A stretch of DNA of 63,986 nt, filler included, from Diploschistes diacapsis (lineage: Eukaryota), in assembly GCA_023645945.1 (NCBI GenBank). It is 6 parts of 6 records of this genome, joined end to end, with 100 filler letters (N's around TTAATTAATTAA, not from the genome) between each part and the next. Parts side by side here need not be neighbours in the genome. Positions count along the whole stretch, not along the records: positions 29,627 to 36,539 come from JALAIB010001334.1; positions 36,640 to 43,551 come from JALAIB010001335.1; positions 43,652 to 50,562 come from JALAIB010001336.1; 3 more parts are not named here. One strand, given 5' to 3'. A program made the position numbers and the translations under genes. The notes under the pieces were generated by a model. It did not search any database, was not told the DNA's origin, and worked only from the letters and a program-made list of their open reading frames with translations. Shown piece after piece: positions 33,256 to 45,255 of this stretch (the stretch's first letter is position 1; each line of letters starts with the position of its first letter).

Positions 33256-34164
33256 CTATCGAGCATTCTCCTTTCCTCGCAAGTCTCCGCCCTTCTCCAT
33301 GGCCTCCATTCTCTCACTGCGATCCTTGAGCACATCGCTCTTCACCACCGCTTCCTCGCCAGCCTCGACGGAGGCGCCCGCGCAGCTCACAACGAACTCT
33401 GCCATCATCTCTTCGGCTTTCTTCGCATTCTTGCTCAAAGCATGATCGTCGTTGTCGAAGAGGACGAGCTTCGCCTTCCCTTCATCGCTTCCCTTGTAAC
33501 CTTCCCAAAAACACTGATATAGACTTTCACTGCATCGCTGACTCAACGTCCGGTCCCCGGTTCCATGCAGCATCAGTGCCGGAACCGACCTCCTTCCCGT
33601 CTCTCGCGCCCCCGTCATGGCGTCCGCGGTCTGCGAAGCAACTGTCGCCGCGCCAACCACACGCTCGTCGCGGCCAGCAACCGTATAAACCGGCGCGCCG
33701 CCGAAAGACCAGCCGACCAGGACGAATTGCTCGATTCCAAACATTTGCTTGAGATAATGCATGGCGGCTTTCGTGTCGGCGACGCAAGGCTTGGTGCGCG
33801 CCGGGTAACGGTAGTCGAGCCGCAGAACGGGGATACGAGCTGAAAGTGCTGGCAGCTTGGTGCCAAGGGCGAGGTACATGCCAGAGGGTCCTGTGAAGCC
33901 CCCGCCTGCGCCAGACAACAGAATGGCTGCCATGCTGGCTGTAGGCTTTGTCGCCACGTCGGATGGGAGGTGCAGGAAGCCATGAGCGGAGCCACCATGG
34001 CTATCCTGGACGGGGAATGTGACTTGCTGAATGAGAGGGGGTGAGCGTTGAGATGAAAGCAAGCTGTCTATGTGTGGAGGAGCTGCAGCAGGATGATCCC
34101 GTGGTCGAGGGCTAGTTGGCTTGGATGGGACTGGGGACGAGTTAGCCAAGTCGGTCCCCGCCAT
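33256..34164 (-). CDS. Alpha/beta-hydrolase
   Basis: Nucleophile elbow LVGWSFGG, LMLHGTGD and DDH (putative Ser-Asp-His triad). Probable ATG at 34164. Confidence 0.85.
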   Translation of the reverse strand: MAGTDLANSSPVPSKPTSPRPRDHPAAAPPHIDSLLSSQRSPPLIQQVTFPVQDSHGGSAHGFLHLPSDVATKPTASMAAILLSGAGGGFTGPSGMYLALGTKLPALSARIPVLRLDYRYPARTKPCVADTKAAMHYLKQMFGIEQFVLVGWSFGGAPVYTVAGRDERVVGAATVASQTADAMTGARETGRRSVPALMLHGTGDRTLSQRCSESLYQCFWEGYKGSDEGKAKLVLFDNDDHALSKNAKKAEEMMAEFVVSCAGASVEAGEEAVVKSDVLKDRSERMEAMEKGGDLRGKENAR

Positions 34165-35210
34165 TGTGAGGTTCGAGTAATATATAGCAACGGGTGGAGC
34201 TCTAGTAGCTGCGGCAATGGATGGCTTGTCGACGCTAATCAGTCGTGATAACAACGTGTGAGCTGCTTGTTGGAATCGCTTCATATGCATCAACTTATAC
34301 TACAAACACAGAACTGGCGATAGATAAATGAGTGCTTAGTGCTGAGGGTGAATGTTCCAGAACTCGACACATAGTTGGCCAATTATGGGACTGTCAGCGG
34401 GTACTTACCTTTGTACTTTTGCCACTCTGATGTCAGTCTGAACAAACGAACCCTACATGAGCGGTCACTCCGAATTAGATGTTAGTTAGGAATAAAGTAG
34501 GGAAGTTGTAACCTGCTTCAACAAAATCCATGGTCAAGGGGATTAGTTGGCAGAGCAGATGAAGAAATGGTGAAAAGTCCGTAAAGGTGATAGGTACCGC
34601 AAAGGTCTTGACATTGGTGCTGTCAGTGCAGACCCTTCAGTTCCTAGTAATAACCAGTACACCTAGCACCAATCTGCAGACCTTGATGATCAATGGAACA
34701 AGGCTGCTCCAAGCGTCCCTACAGTTGACCAGGCGGAGTTGACTCTGCCAGCATAATGATCCAAGCATACCGTCTTCAAGATCCTCTGCATGCGTGCCGC
34801 ATACCAGTGTGTAGCTTCTTTGGCATACTGCTCAGCCCTTTAGCGGAGCACGCATTCCAATGCCGAGATGCTGAGGATAAGTTGTAGTTGAAGTACAGAT
34901 CCAATTCTTTTGCCATAACGTAGAGATACGTTCAAACCTTGTATTTTATCACCTCATCAGCCCTAGCGATACCGCCTACCCAACGGCCGGCAACAGTCGG
35001 TTAATTTCGGCCTTGATCGGTTAAATCCCGGCTGTCTTTCAGATTCTTGAACTTTTGAGGCACAAGTAGATACCCAATACTGATATTCCATGAGGCAATT
35101 CAAATTTGGTACGTTATCAGCCGAAAAATTTGGGAATTATCCATTGAGCAAGACAGATAACATTTCAGAATATTGAAACCTCAATTTCACAACGTTGAGT
35201 TCGAAATAAA

Positions 35211-36539
35211 ATGCCTGGTCAGCTCATTGACCGGCCAATCGAAGACGAAGAAAACTACATATCCTCAGAAGACGAGGACTTCGACCCCGAGAACGCTCAA
35301 GCGCGACCTCAACCCTCGAGCGAGTCCGAAGCGGAAGAAGATCATGATGGCGGGAAAGACCGTGCACCTATCAAGGGCAAACGGCAGCCAAAGCAGAAGC
35401 CACCGGAAGAGGCAGAAGAACTAGGCTTCGAGAACTCAGGGGATGAGGGAATCATACAAGCGGGCACGAAAGAGGCACGGCACCGCAAGCGCAAGCGAAG
35501 AGATAGCGCCGCCGGCAACGATGACAGCGGAGGAGAGGGCGGCTTTATTAAGACAAGGAGTATGCGCGCCGCTGCGTAAGCCCATTCCAGCCTGTCGTCA
35601 AGTCCCCCCACCCTCTCGCTAATCCTTCCCAGCGACCCCTCATCAGCCCGCAAACCCATCGCCTCGACCTCCGGCGCCATAACAACCGACATCAACGCCC
35701 TTTGGGCCCGTCTCTCATCGTCCTCCATAGTCCCCCAATCTACCCATACTCAACCCTCACCCACAAAACCTCAACCTGCAACCACCGATCCATCCCAACC
35801 CCCAGCCGCAGACGCCGCATCTGCAGATCTCATCCCCATCCAACGCACATACACCTTCGCCGGCCAGCTCCACACCGAAACCAAACTCGTGCCGCGCTCT
35901 TCCGCCCAAGCCCAAGCCTACCTCGCCACGCGCGACGCGCGGGCCGGCGCCAATAAAAACAACCTTCCATCTCCTACCCTCACGTCCGCCGCCCTCACTA
36001 CCGCAGACGAAACGACCCCCGACACAGCAGCAGCAGCCACCGGCGCGACAAAGCAGCCCAAACAGCGGCGCGGACCCAACGGGCAGCTCCTATTCCGCCC
36101 CCTCAAGCGTCGCAGCCACTGGGAGCCGAACCCACAGGCCCACATCCGCGGCCTCCCGCCTCCCCTGGACGAGAAAAACGCCGGCGTCGACCCGAAGCTG
36201 CTGTTCCGGCGCATCGACAAGGGCCACCTGGGGCGAGACGCAGCGGTATGCTGGCCCACCCCTACCATCACCAACACTATATCCACCGTCGCATCCACTA
36301 CAGAAGCCCCCTTCGACCCCAACACCGAGGCCACCGCCGCGCACCCCTCGGCCAAGGGCCCCGGGATACAGGCCAGGAACCTGAAGGCCCAGAAACTAAA
36401 CGTGGTGGATAAATCGAAGCTGGACTGGGCGGAGCATGTGGATGCGGAAGAGGGCGCGCGCGAGGAGCTGGAGAAGGCGAAGAGGGACAAGGGGAGTTAT
36501 TTGGAGAGGAGGGATTTCTTGGAGAGGGTGGGGGAGAGG
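35211..36539 (+). CDS. SWC5: SWR1-complex subunit Swc5 (BCNT-C), 3' end cut by contig end
   Basis: Acidic N-terminus YISSEDEDFDP, GGEGGFIKTRSM, intron 35576-35632, RTYTFAG..HTETKLVP, and the BCNT-C motif KLNVVDKSKLDWAEHVD...YLERRDFLERV. Confidence 0.9.
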
Positions 36540-36639
36540 NNNNNNNNNNNNNNNNNNNNNNNNNNNNNNNNNNNNNNNNNNNNTTAATTAATTAANNNNN
36601 NNNNNNNNNNNNNNNNNNNNNNNNNNNNNNNNNNNNNNN
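36540..36639. other. Artificial contig spacer
   Basis: N44-TTAATTAATTAA-N44. Confidence 0.98.
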
Positions 36640-37022
36640 AGGATGAGGAGGAGGATGAGGATGAGGAGATGCTGTAGGTGGCTGGTTGTGGAGCGGGAGA
36701 GAGAGGAACAGGGAGGGAGGGGGGCCAAAAAGGTAGCAAATCGGGATGGATTTGGTAGTGCAGGTTCGTGGAGCGGAAAATGATTCAGGGGTTTGTGATG
36801 TAGACGAGCTTTTGAGGCTTAAAAAGTGGAGTTCTGGTTATGTATGACAAGCAATGGCGCAATTTACTGGCAGAGTTGAAGTATCACTCGTATGAGGTAA
36901 ATGGCCAATACTGCATGAGAATATATTCCATTAGTGGGGTCGTATTGATCACGGTGCTTAGAAACCCCAGTTATAATGCATCGTTAGGGATTGCGTCTAA
37001 TCGAGAAATAACGGTAGTCTAT

Positions 37023-38766
37023 CTACTCCGACGCAAGATTTTCTCCTTCTCGCAGACCCTCAACGACCAGAGGTTGGCCCTCGGCTCGCTGATAGATATC
37101 CCGAATGTTATCTGCGTGTTGTTAGCACATGCAACTGCTTAGCACACAAAGACTTTTCCATACCAGTAGTGGTTTCAAAGTGACTTGTGGCGTCGTAGCT
37201 CTTGGATATGAAGATTTTGTCGTTCACACCGCTCTCGAGGGGCTCATAAAGAGGAGTTGGGGCTCCCATGAACTTCTCTTCAATCTTGCCTAGTCGATCG
37301 AAGCCAACCTGTAGTTCGAGATGGTGGTTTGAGGAGCCTTCGGCAATGGTAGAGACGATGGCAATCCAGTATCCTCGGGGGCATACATTGTGAGCCGAGG
37401 ACACAATGGCGATGTATATGTCTGGTTTTCGTCAGTACGTGTCATATGTCGATACCAAGCGCTTACCGTTCTTTCGTCCAACTTGTGATTGGGGAATGAT
37501 CAGTTGAGCTGAATCGCTATTATCGGTATTTGGGACTGGATGATTCAGGATGCATATCGCCTTCAAGAGGTGTCCAACGACTTGAACTTTGTTTGGGAAG
37601 TAAGAAGGATCGGCAATGATCTTCTTAGTCTTGGTCGAGAATTTCATCCCTTCGCCCGCTGCATCCTTCTCCGCCATTGTAGCTTTGATGCCGGAGACTT
37701 TTCCTCCCTCGTAGAGAACCTCGTCCACATTCGTGGATAGCATGTATGTTCCGCCATAGATAGCCGATAACCGTGCAAAGCCCTGCGGTAATTCCCCAAG
37801 ACCATAAAGTGGATAGATGTATGGTGATTTGCCATATCTCGCCATTGAATTCACGTACAGTCGGATCCTCTGCACGGTCTCCTGAGCCATGCCGGCTGCT
37901 GATATGTATTCATCGGTCTGGTATAGGGCCATCGAGTGCCCGATAAAGTCCCGTGTCGTTGCCTCGAGGCCAAACTTATCATAGACCTCCTTCATCGTAC
38001 ACCTCGTGAGATTGAGACCTTGAACCCAATTACCAAACCGCCCTAACAGAACGAACAACAACCATACCATTATGTGTAGCTGGATCGTCCTCCTTAAAAG
38101 CTCCGACCCACTCCAGAAACTTTTTAGCCCGTCTCTTCTCAAAAAGACCCATGAGCGGCGAGCTCAAGGCTTCCGATGCGTTTGAGGGGACTTTGGCTAC
38201 CGTTGCTCTTGACCCATTTCCTTGCTGTACATAGCTGCCTGCGATTTGCTTGAATTCAAGGTATTTGGTGACGTGGGTCGAGACAAGGATATTGGTAAGC
38301 TCGCCGTTCGCCATGAGGAGCTTTGGCACCAAGTCTATGTTCCAATCATTGACTCTTCCATATTTCTTCCAGGGCTCTGTGCCGGACTGATGCCCATGCT
38401 GCTTGAAGAGCTGATAATCGTTAGCACATGCGCCATCAGAAGCGTGCGTTTACCGACGTGCTCAAGGTTGACTGATGCGGCTTCCCTATACTCGTCTTAG
38501 TCGTGTATAGCGGACAAGTCTTCGTTATATACCCTCCATAATAATCATTGCGGTCAATGTGGAGAACTTTCTCGCCCTTCACACTCAACAGGCTATGCAA
38601 GATCAGTGGTCTTAAGCTCAAGCTGAAATGTCTCGACCACCCACCCAGAAAGAACACATTCCGTTAAACCTGCCACTGGTTAGTATACCAACTGAAGCCC
38701 AGCTTCTTGCTGCCCTTTACCTGTTCCTAGGACAACCACGTCATACTCGGGAGCAATTTCCTCCAT
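37023..38766 (-). CDS. GDI1: Rab GDP-dissociation inhibitor
   Basis: Multi-exon. MEEIAPEYDVVVLGTGLTECVLSG, KVLHIDRNDYYGG, DLVPKLLMANGEL, YGKSPYIYPLYGLGELPQGFARLSAIYGGTYML, SKSYDATSHFETT. Confidence 0.96.
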
Positions 38767-39217
38767 GGCGAAAATATGTTGCAATGTAATGGGCGGGAGA
38801 AAGCGCGATCACTGGCTTGTGCGTGAGTGTGGAGTTTCACTGTAAGTAGATAAATAGAAGATTGATTATCAGCACAGGCCAACTCTGTGCTATCATTTTT
38901 ACTCAGTACCCTTTGAACTCGACGTTGGAGGGGAAGTGCGCTCCCGCATACACCCCGCAACGGCTGCCAAGAAAAGGCCTTCCTAAAATTTGGATAGGTG
39001 ATTCAAATTATGGCGTGGGAGCTACCAGCCCTTCGTATTAGCTGGATTTAGTAGCTAGATGTATTCGGGTTGTATACAGGTCTTGTGATTGCTCCAATAC
39101 TTCATGATTGGAATAGACTGCTAGACCACAAGGCGTCTTAGCCTGCGCCACCTCCGTTGGTTTCCTGCGCATCTCAGTGTACAAGAATGTATAATATCTT
39201 AACAGAGTGTTGCGGCC

Positions 39218-40172
39218 TCAAGAGGATGCTGGTACTGGTGACTGCGTGGGCGCTGAACTTAGCTTTGAATCTGCGAAGATTGAAGATTCTTGACGCTGTC
39301 CCCGCCGTTCAACTTCTGTACTTGAGTCTGATGCCTTCGTTGCTCGCTCCAATTGCCCGAAATGTTGCCCTCCTTCCTCAGGAATTCCTGTTTCTACGTC
39401 TTGCCATTCCTAAATGAGGTCAGGGAGTGTGTCCGCTTTTAACCCGGTGAATGTACCTCAAAGTAGTCTTTAAGACCAGGATCTTTCTCTGCAATCTTTC
39501 GAGCTTCTTCGTAGGCATACCATCTTTCAGTGAGCACATGCTTGATTGCTCGCATGGTTTTGCGGATCTGTGGCACACAGTTTAGCATAAAGGTCAATGG
39601 TCATTTAGTAGTATTGCCTCTTACAGTACCCTGCCTCTCCTGAGCTTCTGCTTTTCCATAGCCGGCTTGCATCCTTTCCCGTTCGTGCTCTTGGGTCAAG
39701 ATTCTATTTTTCTCCTTTACGCAGACCCACCACAAGCAGTGGAGGTCTTCGAATGACTTATGCCTTAATTCCTCGACTGCCCATGGGCGACCTAGTCAAA
39801 CATGAGCGAATCGTGTATTTATACCGGCTGATGCTTCATACCATGTGCTGCTACTACCTCGGGCTTCTCGAAGGGATTCTTCTCCTTGTCGAAGAAGTCC
39901 CACAGTCCATGCTTCTCATTGACTTGAATCTTCGACCTCCTTGCAGGGTCCAGGACAGGTTGTGGCAGAGGCTCTTTAGATACAGCACGTGGATACCGTG
40001 GACCTGTCCGCCGTAATCCGGAGACACCTCTGTTCTTGTTCCTGTCTGCCGTTTTCAAGGACAGTGGGCTCGTAGTAGAGAAGCGAGCAACTTGACATCG
40101 AAGACATGTTTGCTGGGGTAATGACACACTGGAAGACACAATTGCGCTTATGTTATACAATGAGTTGCGCAT
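39218..40172 (-). CDS. MRPL4: Mitochondrial ribosomal protein uL29m (L4/L47)
   Basis: [75 protein letters not shown]. The last exon and stop are less certain. Confidence 0.88.
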
Positions 40173-40620
40173 GATGCTAGAGGTTTATAGGTTGAGAGAC
40201 TTTAATATGGAGTTTGTTGTTTCTCTCGCGGCTTAAGCAGAACTGTAGCAAGGCGAATGACAAGCTAATCAAATGTAGTTTAGTTAGAGCTTGTTCTGAG
40301 TCAAGTTGTGACACTTTTAGGCTTCAATGCTATTCATGCGCCGGCACAGCTTTGCTCTGGCTGCAATTGATTTGTTTGCTAAGCGAATTCACCGGCAAAC
40401 CGGTTCGACAGAACACTTATTCCTCGGGCTCTTGGCGTATTTTTAGACAGCCGAAGTTGCTAAAAGTGCTAAGAGCTGCGCCTAAACAGTAAAACGAGCT
40501 TCGCGAAGTAGTATACGGAGCAAGCATATGCTTGGTAGAACTAGCAGTCATTCTAATACATCACGAGGTCAGCGTTAGACGGGTTTTTTCGAGCATTAAA
40601 GTCTTTAGCCAAACGCGAAT

Positions 40621-42439
40621 ATGAATAGGGGCGGTTTGTGCAGGTCTCGCCGCTGCGGAAGGGGAAGGAGGCTAACCTCAAAATAGTCAACGGGCCTGCT
40701 CGAGGTCTGCCCGGCTTCCAAGCACAAAGCCAGCAGGCACGCACCGCTCAAACACCAGGTGCAGGGCGTATGCAGAATTCGAGAATAGGCCCAAACCAGC
40801 CTCAATGGGGCTACGGTAGTCAAGCTCCTGGCGGAACTTCAGGGTTTCAAAATCCTCAAGCAAGAGCTCCGGGACTACAGAACAGCTTCGCTCAAACAAT
40901 AGGAGGTAATCAGTCTTCTACGCCGTTAGATCCGTCGTAAGCATATTGAAGAATCCCCATCATTTCAGACCCAGAGGTTAGCGCTAACGGCAAGGCTAAC
41001 AGTGAGTTCCCTTCCCTATCCGGCGGTGCTCAAGCCCAGGCTCAGAACCACAACCAGGCCTTTTGGTCCGGTCAACGACAGCATACCCCGGTGCAGCGCC
41101 CTCAGCCATCCCAAAGTGGGAATCAGCAACCCAACAACCAAGACCATAGCCATCAGAATCTCGACGACGCTTTCTTCCCATCCGGTGCTGGCGGCTCTCT
41201 CGATGACTACCGCCACGGAGGTCAGAATGGTGTAGGCCAGCTTTCGTCGTCGAATCAGCCGCAGCCAAGTAGTATTGACGACTTTCCCCCACTCGGCGGA
41301 AACGGTCCTGGTGAGATTGGTCAGGATAGGCGCGTCAATATGATGCAAAACGCTGCTAGTGGTGCTTTCGGAGGAAATCCCGGCTTTCCACCTGGTATGA
41401 AATCTGGCACGGCCTACGCTTTTCGTTGACTGTTCAATCAGGAATCATCAATCCTCGTGCTCCTGGCGAAGCTTTTCGAGTATGTAAGCTTATGTAGCTT
41501 CAGTGAGGTATCTTGAAATGCGAATGAAGGCTCACAATACTACAGAACAGTCCACGTCCCCTCCAGAACGGCAATTACAATTCTCTTTTCTCTAGTGTGC
41601 ACGAAGGGGCATCCCAACGTCCGATCGGACGCAGTCAAGCTACCAACGAAGGAAATAACCAAGCCAATGTTCAAGCTCCAGGTGTAGCAGCTACAGAAGA
41701 AGCAAATGAGGCCGTGCGGTACTCGCCGAGTCAAATGACTGAGGCGGAGAAGTACGGCTTGCCTGGACTTCTGGACAACATTCGGAATGAGAATAACGAG
41801 AACTTCAACCTGGCCATCGGACATGATTTGACGGCACTTGGTCTTGACCTGAATTCATCTGAGTGAGTGGACACGCATCGATCGACAAAGCGGCGTTATT
41901 GACGTAACAAGGCCATTGTATCCAACCTTTGGCGGCCCCTTTGCTAATCGATCAGCTCGCCCATTGGAGCCTGACTTTAATCTACCACAGTGCTATACCG
42001 TTACCAATGTACCTCCCATTAGCGAGAAGCTGCCTCATTTTAGCGACGAAACCTTGTTCATAATTTTCTACACACAGCCTGGAGATATTCTACAAGAACT
42101 CTCGGCTATCGAACTGTAGGCATACCATCTCTGTGAACTAAAGCCATGATACTGATGGGGCCAGGACGTTGCGTAACTGGCGTTGGCACAAGGTCGGAAG
42201 GTTCTGGATGACCAAAGAACAGGGCTACCCCGAGCCAACACCAATCAGTCCCGAGGCGGAGCGTGGACATTATGTTATTTTTGATCAGACGCAATGGGCT
42301 CGCAAGAGTGTAAGGCGGCACAGAGCGTATCGATTTATTGCACTGCTAATGCTAGACATAGCACGAAATGACACTACGCTATGCCGATCTCGACGACCAT
42401 ATCACAAGCGCTCCCCCAAACTCGTTACCTATGCAATAG
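40621..42439 (+). CDS. NOT2: CCR4-NOT complex subunit Not2
   Basis: Multi-exon. Q/N/G-rich N-terminus with EFPSL/DDFPPL, then KYGLPGLL...LAIGHDLTALGLDLNS and the NOT box EPDFNLPQCY...FSDETLFIIFY..PGD..QE...RNWRWHK. Confidence 0.9.
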
Positions 42440-43331
42440 GAGTTCTTGTATGGGCAATCATCTTTGGCATCGGAGTACAGGGTCGTTCCGAGGTCTTCGA
42501 TTAAGTCGGATCCTATGAACGGTGGACTACCATAACAAGTTTTGTCTGAAGCCACCATTGCCATGATACCCCTAAAGCATCTGTTGGTGGATATTGGCAG
42601 CATTCTGCAGAACGCAGCTCGCAGTTCACAGCGACTATGACTATCGTATATGTATTACGTTTGGGAGTAGTCATTAGATTGCGGATATAGCAACTGCTGC
42701 AATTTAATGAACACGAGACCAGGGACACTCAAGCTGTCTGTGCTCGGGGGTTTGGGCTCAGTATTTTAGATCTTCACAGAAACCATGAGCGCGTTGTGAT
42801 TAAGGACGTTGTCGAGCCCCGCCATAACGCCTTTTTCTTTGAATTTCCCTTCGTATTATATCTCGAGTTGAGGCATCTGGCAATGTACAGACTGTTCACC
42901 GCTCCAGCGTAAACGCGCTATGGACCACGCGCAAAGCGGAGAGCTGCAGCACCCCAAATGATCCCATATAACACTCAAGGCACTGGCCTATCTCCTTCGG
43001 GCCTCTTCTACCTGGCTGCTATCCACCCCTTGGAGCTCACGACTGCTCCCGCACAGCCCCGTCAACCGGTTCACTCCAAGCTACATGGAAACACACTTTT
43101 CCCTCCTGAATTAAAGCAGGGAGGAAAAGCATGCAAGCAAGCAAGCACATGATCGATGGCTTAATAACAGCAGGCGTAAGGTATCGGTGTCCTTCCAGAT
43201 AGGGCTGCAAAATCGCCCAGCGAAGAAGTACATGGCTATTTTCTCTCAGCCAGAACGGCTTTTTCTGGCCCCCATGCTGTTTTCTATATCGAGCTTGCTC
43301 CTGTAGGGTGCAGCCTATGAATAATAATATC

Positions 43332-43378
43332 ATGTGTCTGGCGACACATGATGTCGCCCTCTAAGTTCCTAAGCGAAG
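43332..43378. repeat. 47-bp hairpin-bearing interspersed repeat, copy B
   Basis: 39/47 identity to 29189-29235, followed by AT-rich sequence running to the contig end. Confidence 0.7.
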
Positions 43379-43551
43379 CAGTAAGTAATAAGTAAAAAAT
43401 CTAATCTTAAAAAACTGGGTAAGTTATTGGGGGTTGCATTCCCAAACTCCTGCCTTTTTTTATTATTGGGGATTGTATCCCTAAATTTTTGTTTATATTT
43501 AGCTGAACGTTTAGGAGTTTAAATAATTTTAATAATTATCCACTTTAAGAT

Positions 43552-43651
43552 NNNNNNNNNNNNNNNNNNNNNNNNNNNNNNNNNNNNNNNNNNNNTTAAT
43601 TAATTAANNNNNNNNNNNNNNNNNNNNNNNNNNNNNNNNNNNNNNNNNNNN
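43552..43651. other. Artificial contig spacer
   Basis: N44-TTAATTAATTAA-N44. Confidence 0.98.
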
Positions 43652-44703
43652 ATCCACTTCCCCCCTTACAAGCTTCTCGCCCAGATACACCGGCCTAACC
43701 CCCTCCTCCACCAACTGGCCCCACAGCGCATCGATCGGCACGCCCCCCAAAAACCCGACCCCAAACTCAGCCGCCATGATCTGCCCGCCGCCCTTGGAAA
43801 AGATATTGCTCGCGACCCCGCAGCACGGACACACGTAGCCACTCATGTTCTCCACTACGCCCACTACGCCCACGCCCGTCTTCGCGCAGAAATTGATCTC
43901 CTTCTTCACGTCCGACACGGCGACGGCCTGTGGCGTCGTTACGACCACGGCGCCTGCCAGGCACGGGTATACCCTCTGTTGCTGCCCAGGGACACCATTT
44001 GTACCGTTTGCACCGTTCATAGCCAAAGGCGTGGCGGTGGCGGGGTTATGCACCTTGTTGAGTAGCGTCTCGACGACGGAAATGTGCTCGTCGCTCGTGC
44101 CGGGTGGGGTGTCGATAAGGAGGAAGTCGAGCGGCGGCCACAGGACGTCGGACAGGAATTGGCGCACCATGGCCGTCTTCTTGGGGCCGCGCCAGACGAT
44201 GGCCGAAGAGCGCGAGGAGAGGAGGAAAGCGAGGGACATAGCGTACAGAGCGCCTATTGGGTTAGCGTGCTGTGGTGCGGAGGTGGCGGCGGTAGCATCC
44301 GCTGGCGGAGCGTTGTAGTGCGCCGTGCCCGCGGTGGGATCGGGTAACACGCCATTTTGAGTGGTGTGGTTGGACGGATAGGTGGATGGCGGGGCGGGTG
44401 CGAGGTTATGAGAGGGGTGGACTTCGACTGGAAGCCAGCCACCGGGTGCTTGTTTGATTTTTGCGGACTCGATGCCGAGGAAGCGGGGTATGGAGGGGCC
44501 GGTCAGATCGATGTCGAGAACGCCGACGGAATGGCCGGCCAGGGAGAGGGAGAGGGCGAGCTGAGTAGTTATAGAGGATTTGCCTACGCCGCCTTTGCCC
44601 GAGAGGACCTGTTGAAAGAGTCTTTAGTGGGGGAAGAGAAGGACTTAGTGGGTGCGGGGTGGTACCGTACGAGGAGGATGTTTTTGACATTGTCGAGCGC
44701 CAT
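43652..44703 (-). CDS. CFD1: Cytosolic Fe-S cluster assembly factor Cfd1 (3' end cut by contig end)
   Basis: [61 protein letters not shown]. It lacks the N-terminal Cys cluster of Nbp35. Confidence 0.92.
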
Positions 44704-44837
44704 GTGCTCGAGGACCGGTTTCAGCTATGGAGGTTGGTACAGTTTTCCTGTTCGCGGGAGATTCGGTTTGCGATTCATGATAATAGTGCAGGACTCGACA
44801 GAATGTGGATGATGATTAATGTCAAGCTGGCATCGTA

Positions 44838-45029
44838 ACGTGTTCCACCACACAACGGAACACACCACAAAGCGGAACACTACATTACAATGTAAGAAAA
44901 AAAAGGCCGAAGAACGAGGTTGAGAACAGATTTAGCTTCGTACAAATATGGAAGCGCTCGATCTAGTGCAATTACATTATAATGTAGTGTTCCGCTTTGT
45001 GGTGTGTTCCGTTGTGTGGTGAAACACGT
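44838..45029. mobile_element. MITE, Tc1/mariner (pogo/Fot1-like), copy 2
   Basis: 192 bp. 58-bp TIRs (56/58) starting ACGTGTT(C/T)CACCAC, with TA on the left and CA on the right. Same family as 29248-29442, in the opposite orientation. Confidence 0.88.
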
Positions 45030-45255
45030 CACCCTTTACAAGACGAATTTCCTTAAGCAATGAGGTTTCGGTATCCAGTGATAGTGAGGATGGACATGAT
45101 TCTATCATTGGTGGGGTGCTCCAGTATACATTACCCAGTGCTCATAATCTCGTCATTCAGATACTATACATACTTCTGAACATGGCAGCATTGAACTGCT
45201 AACAACTTCTGCAACAACAAGTAAGGCCACTCTATCAAACAAATAAACCTTCACA

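Noticed and set aside
36640..36677. Acidic codons after the spacer as a continuation of SWC5
   Set aside because: Different contig; at most the last codons of an unrelated gene.
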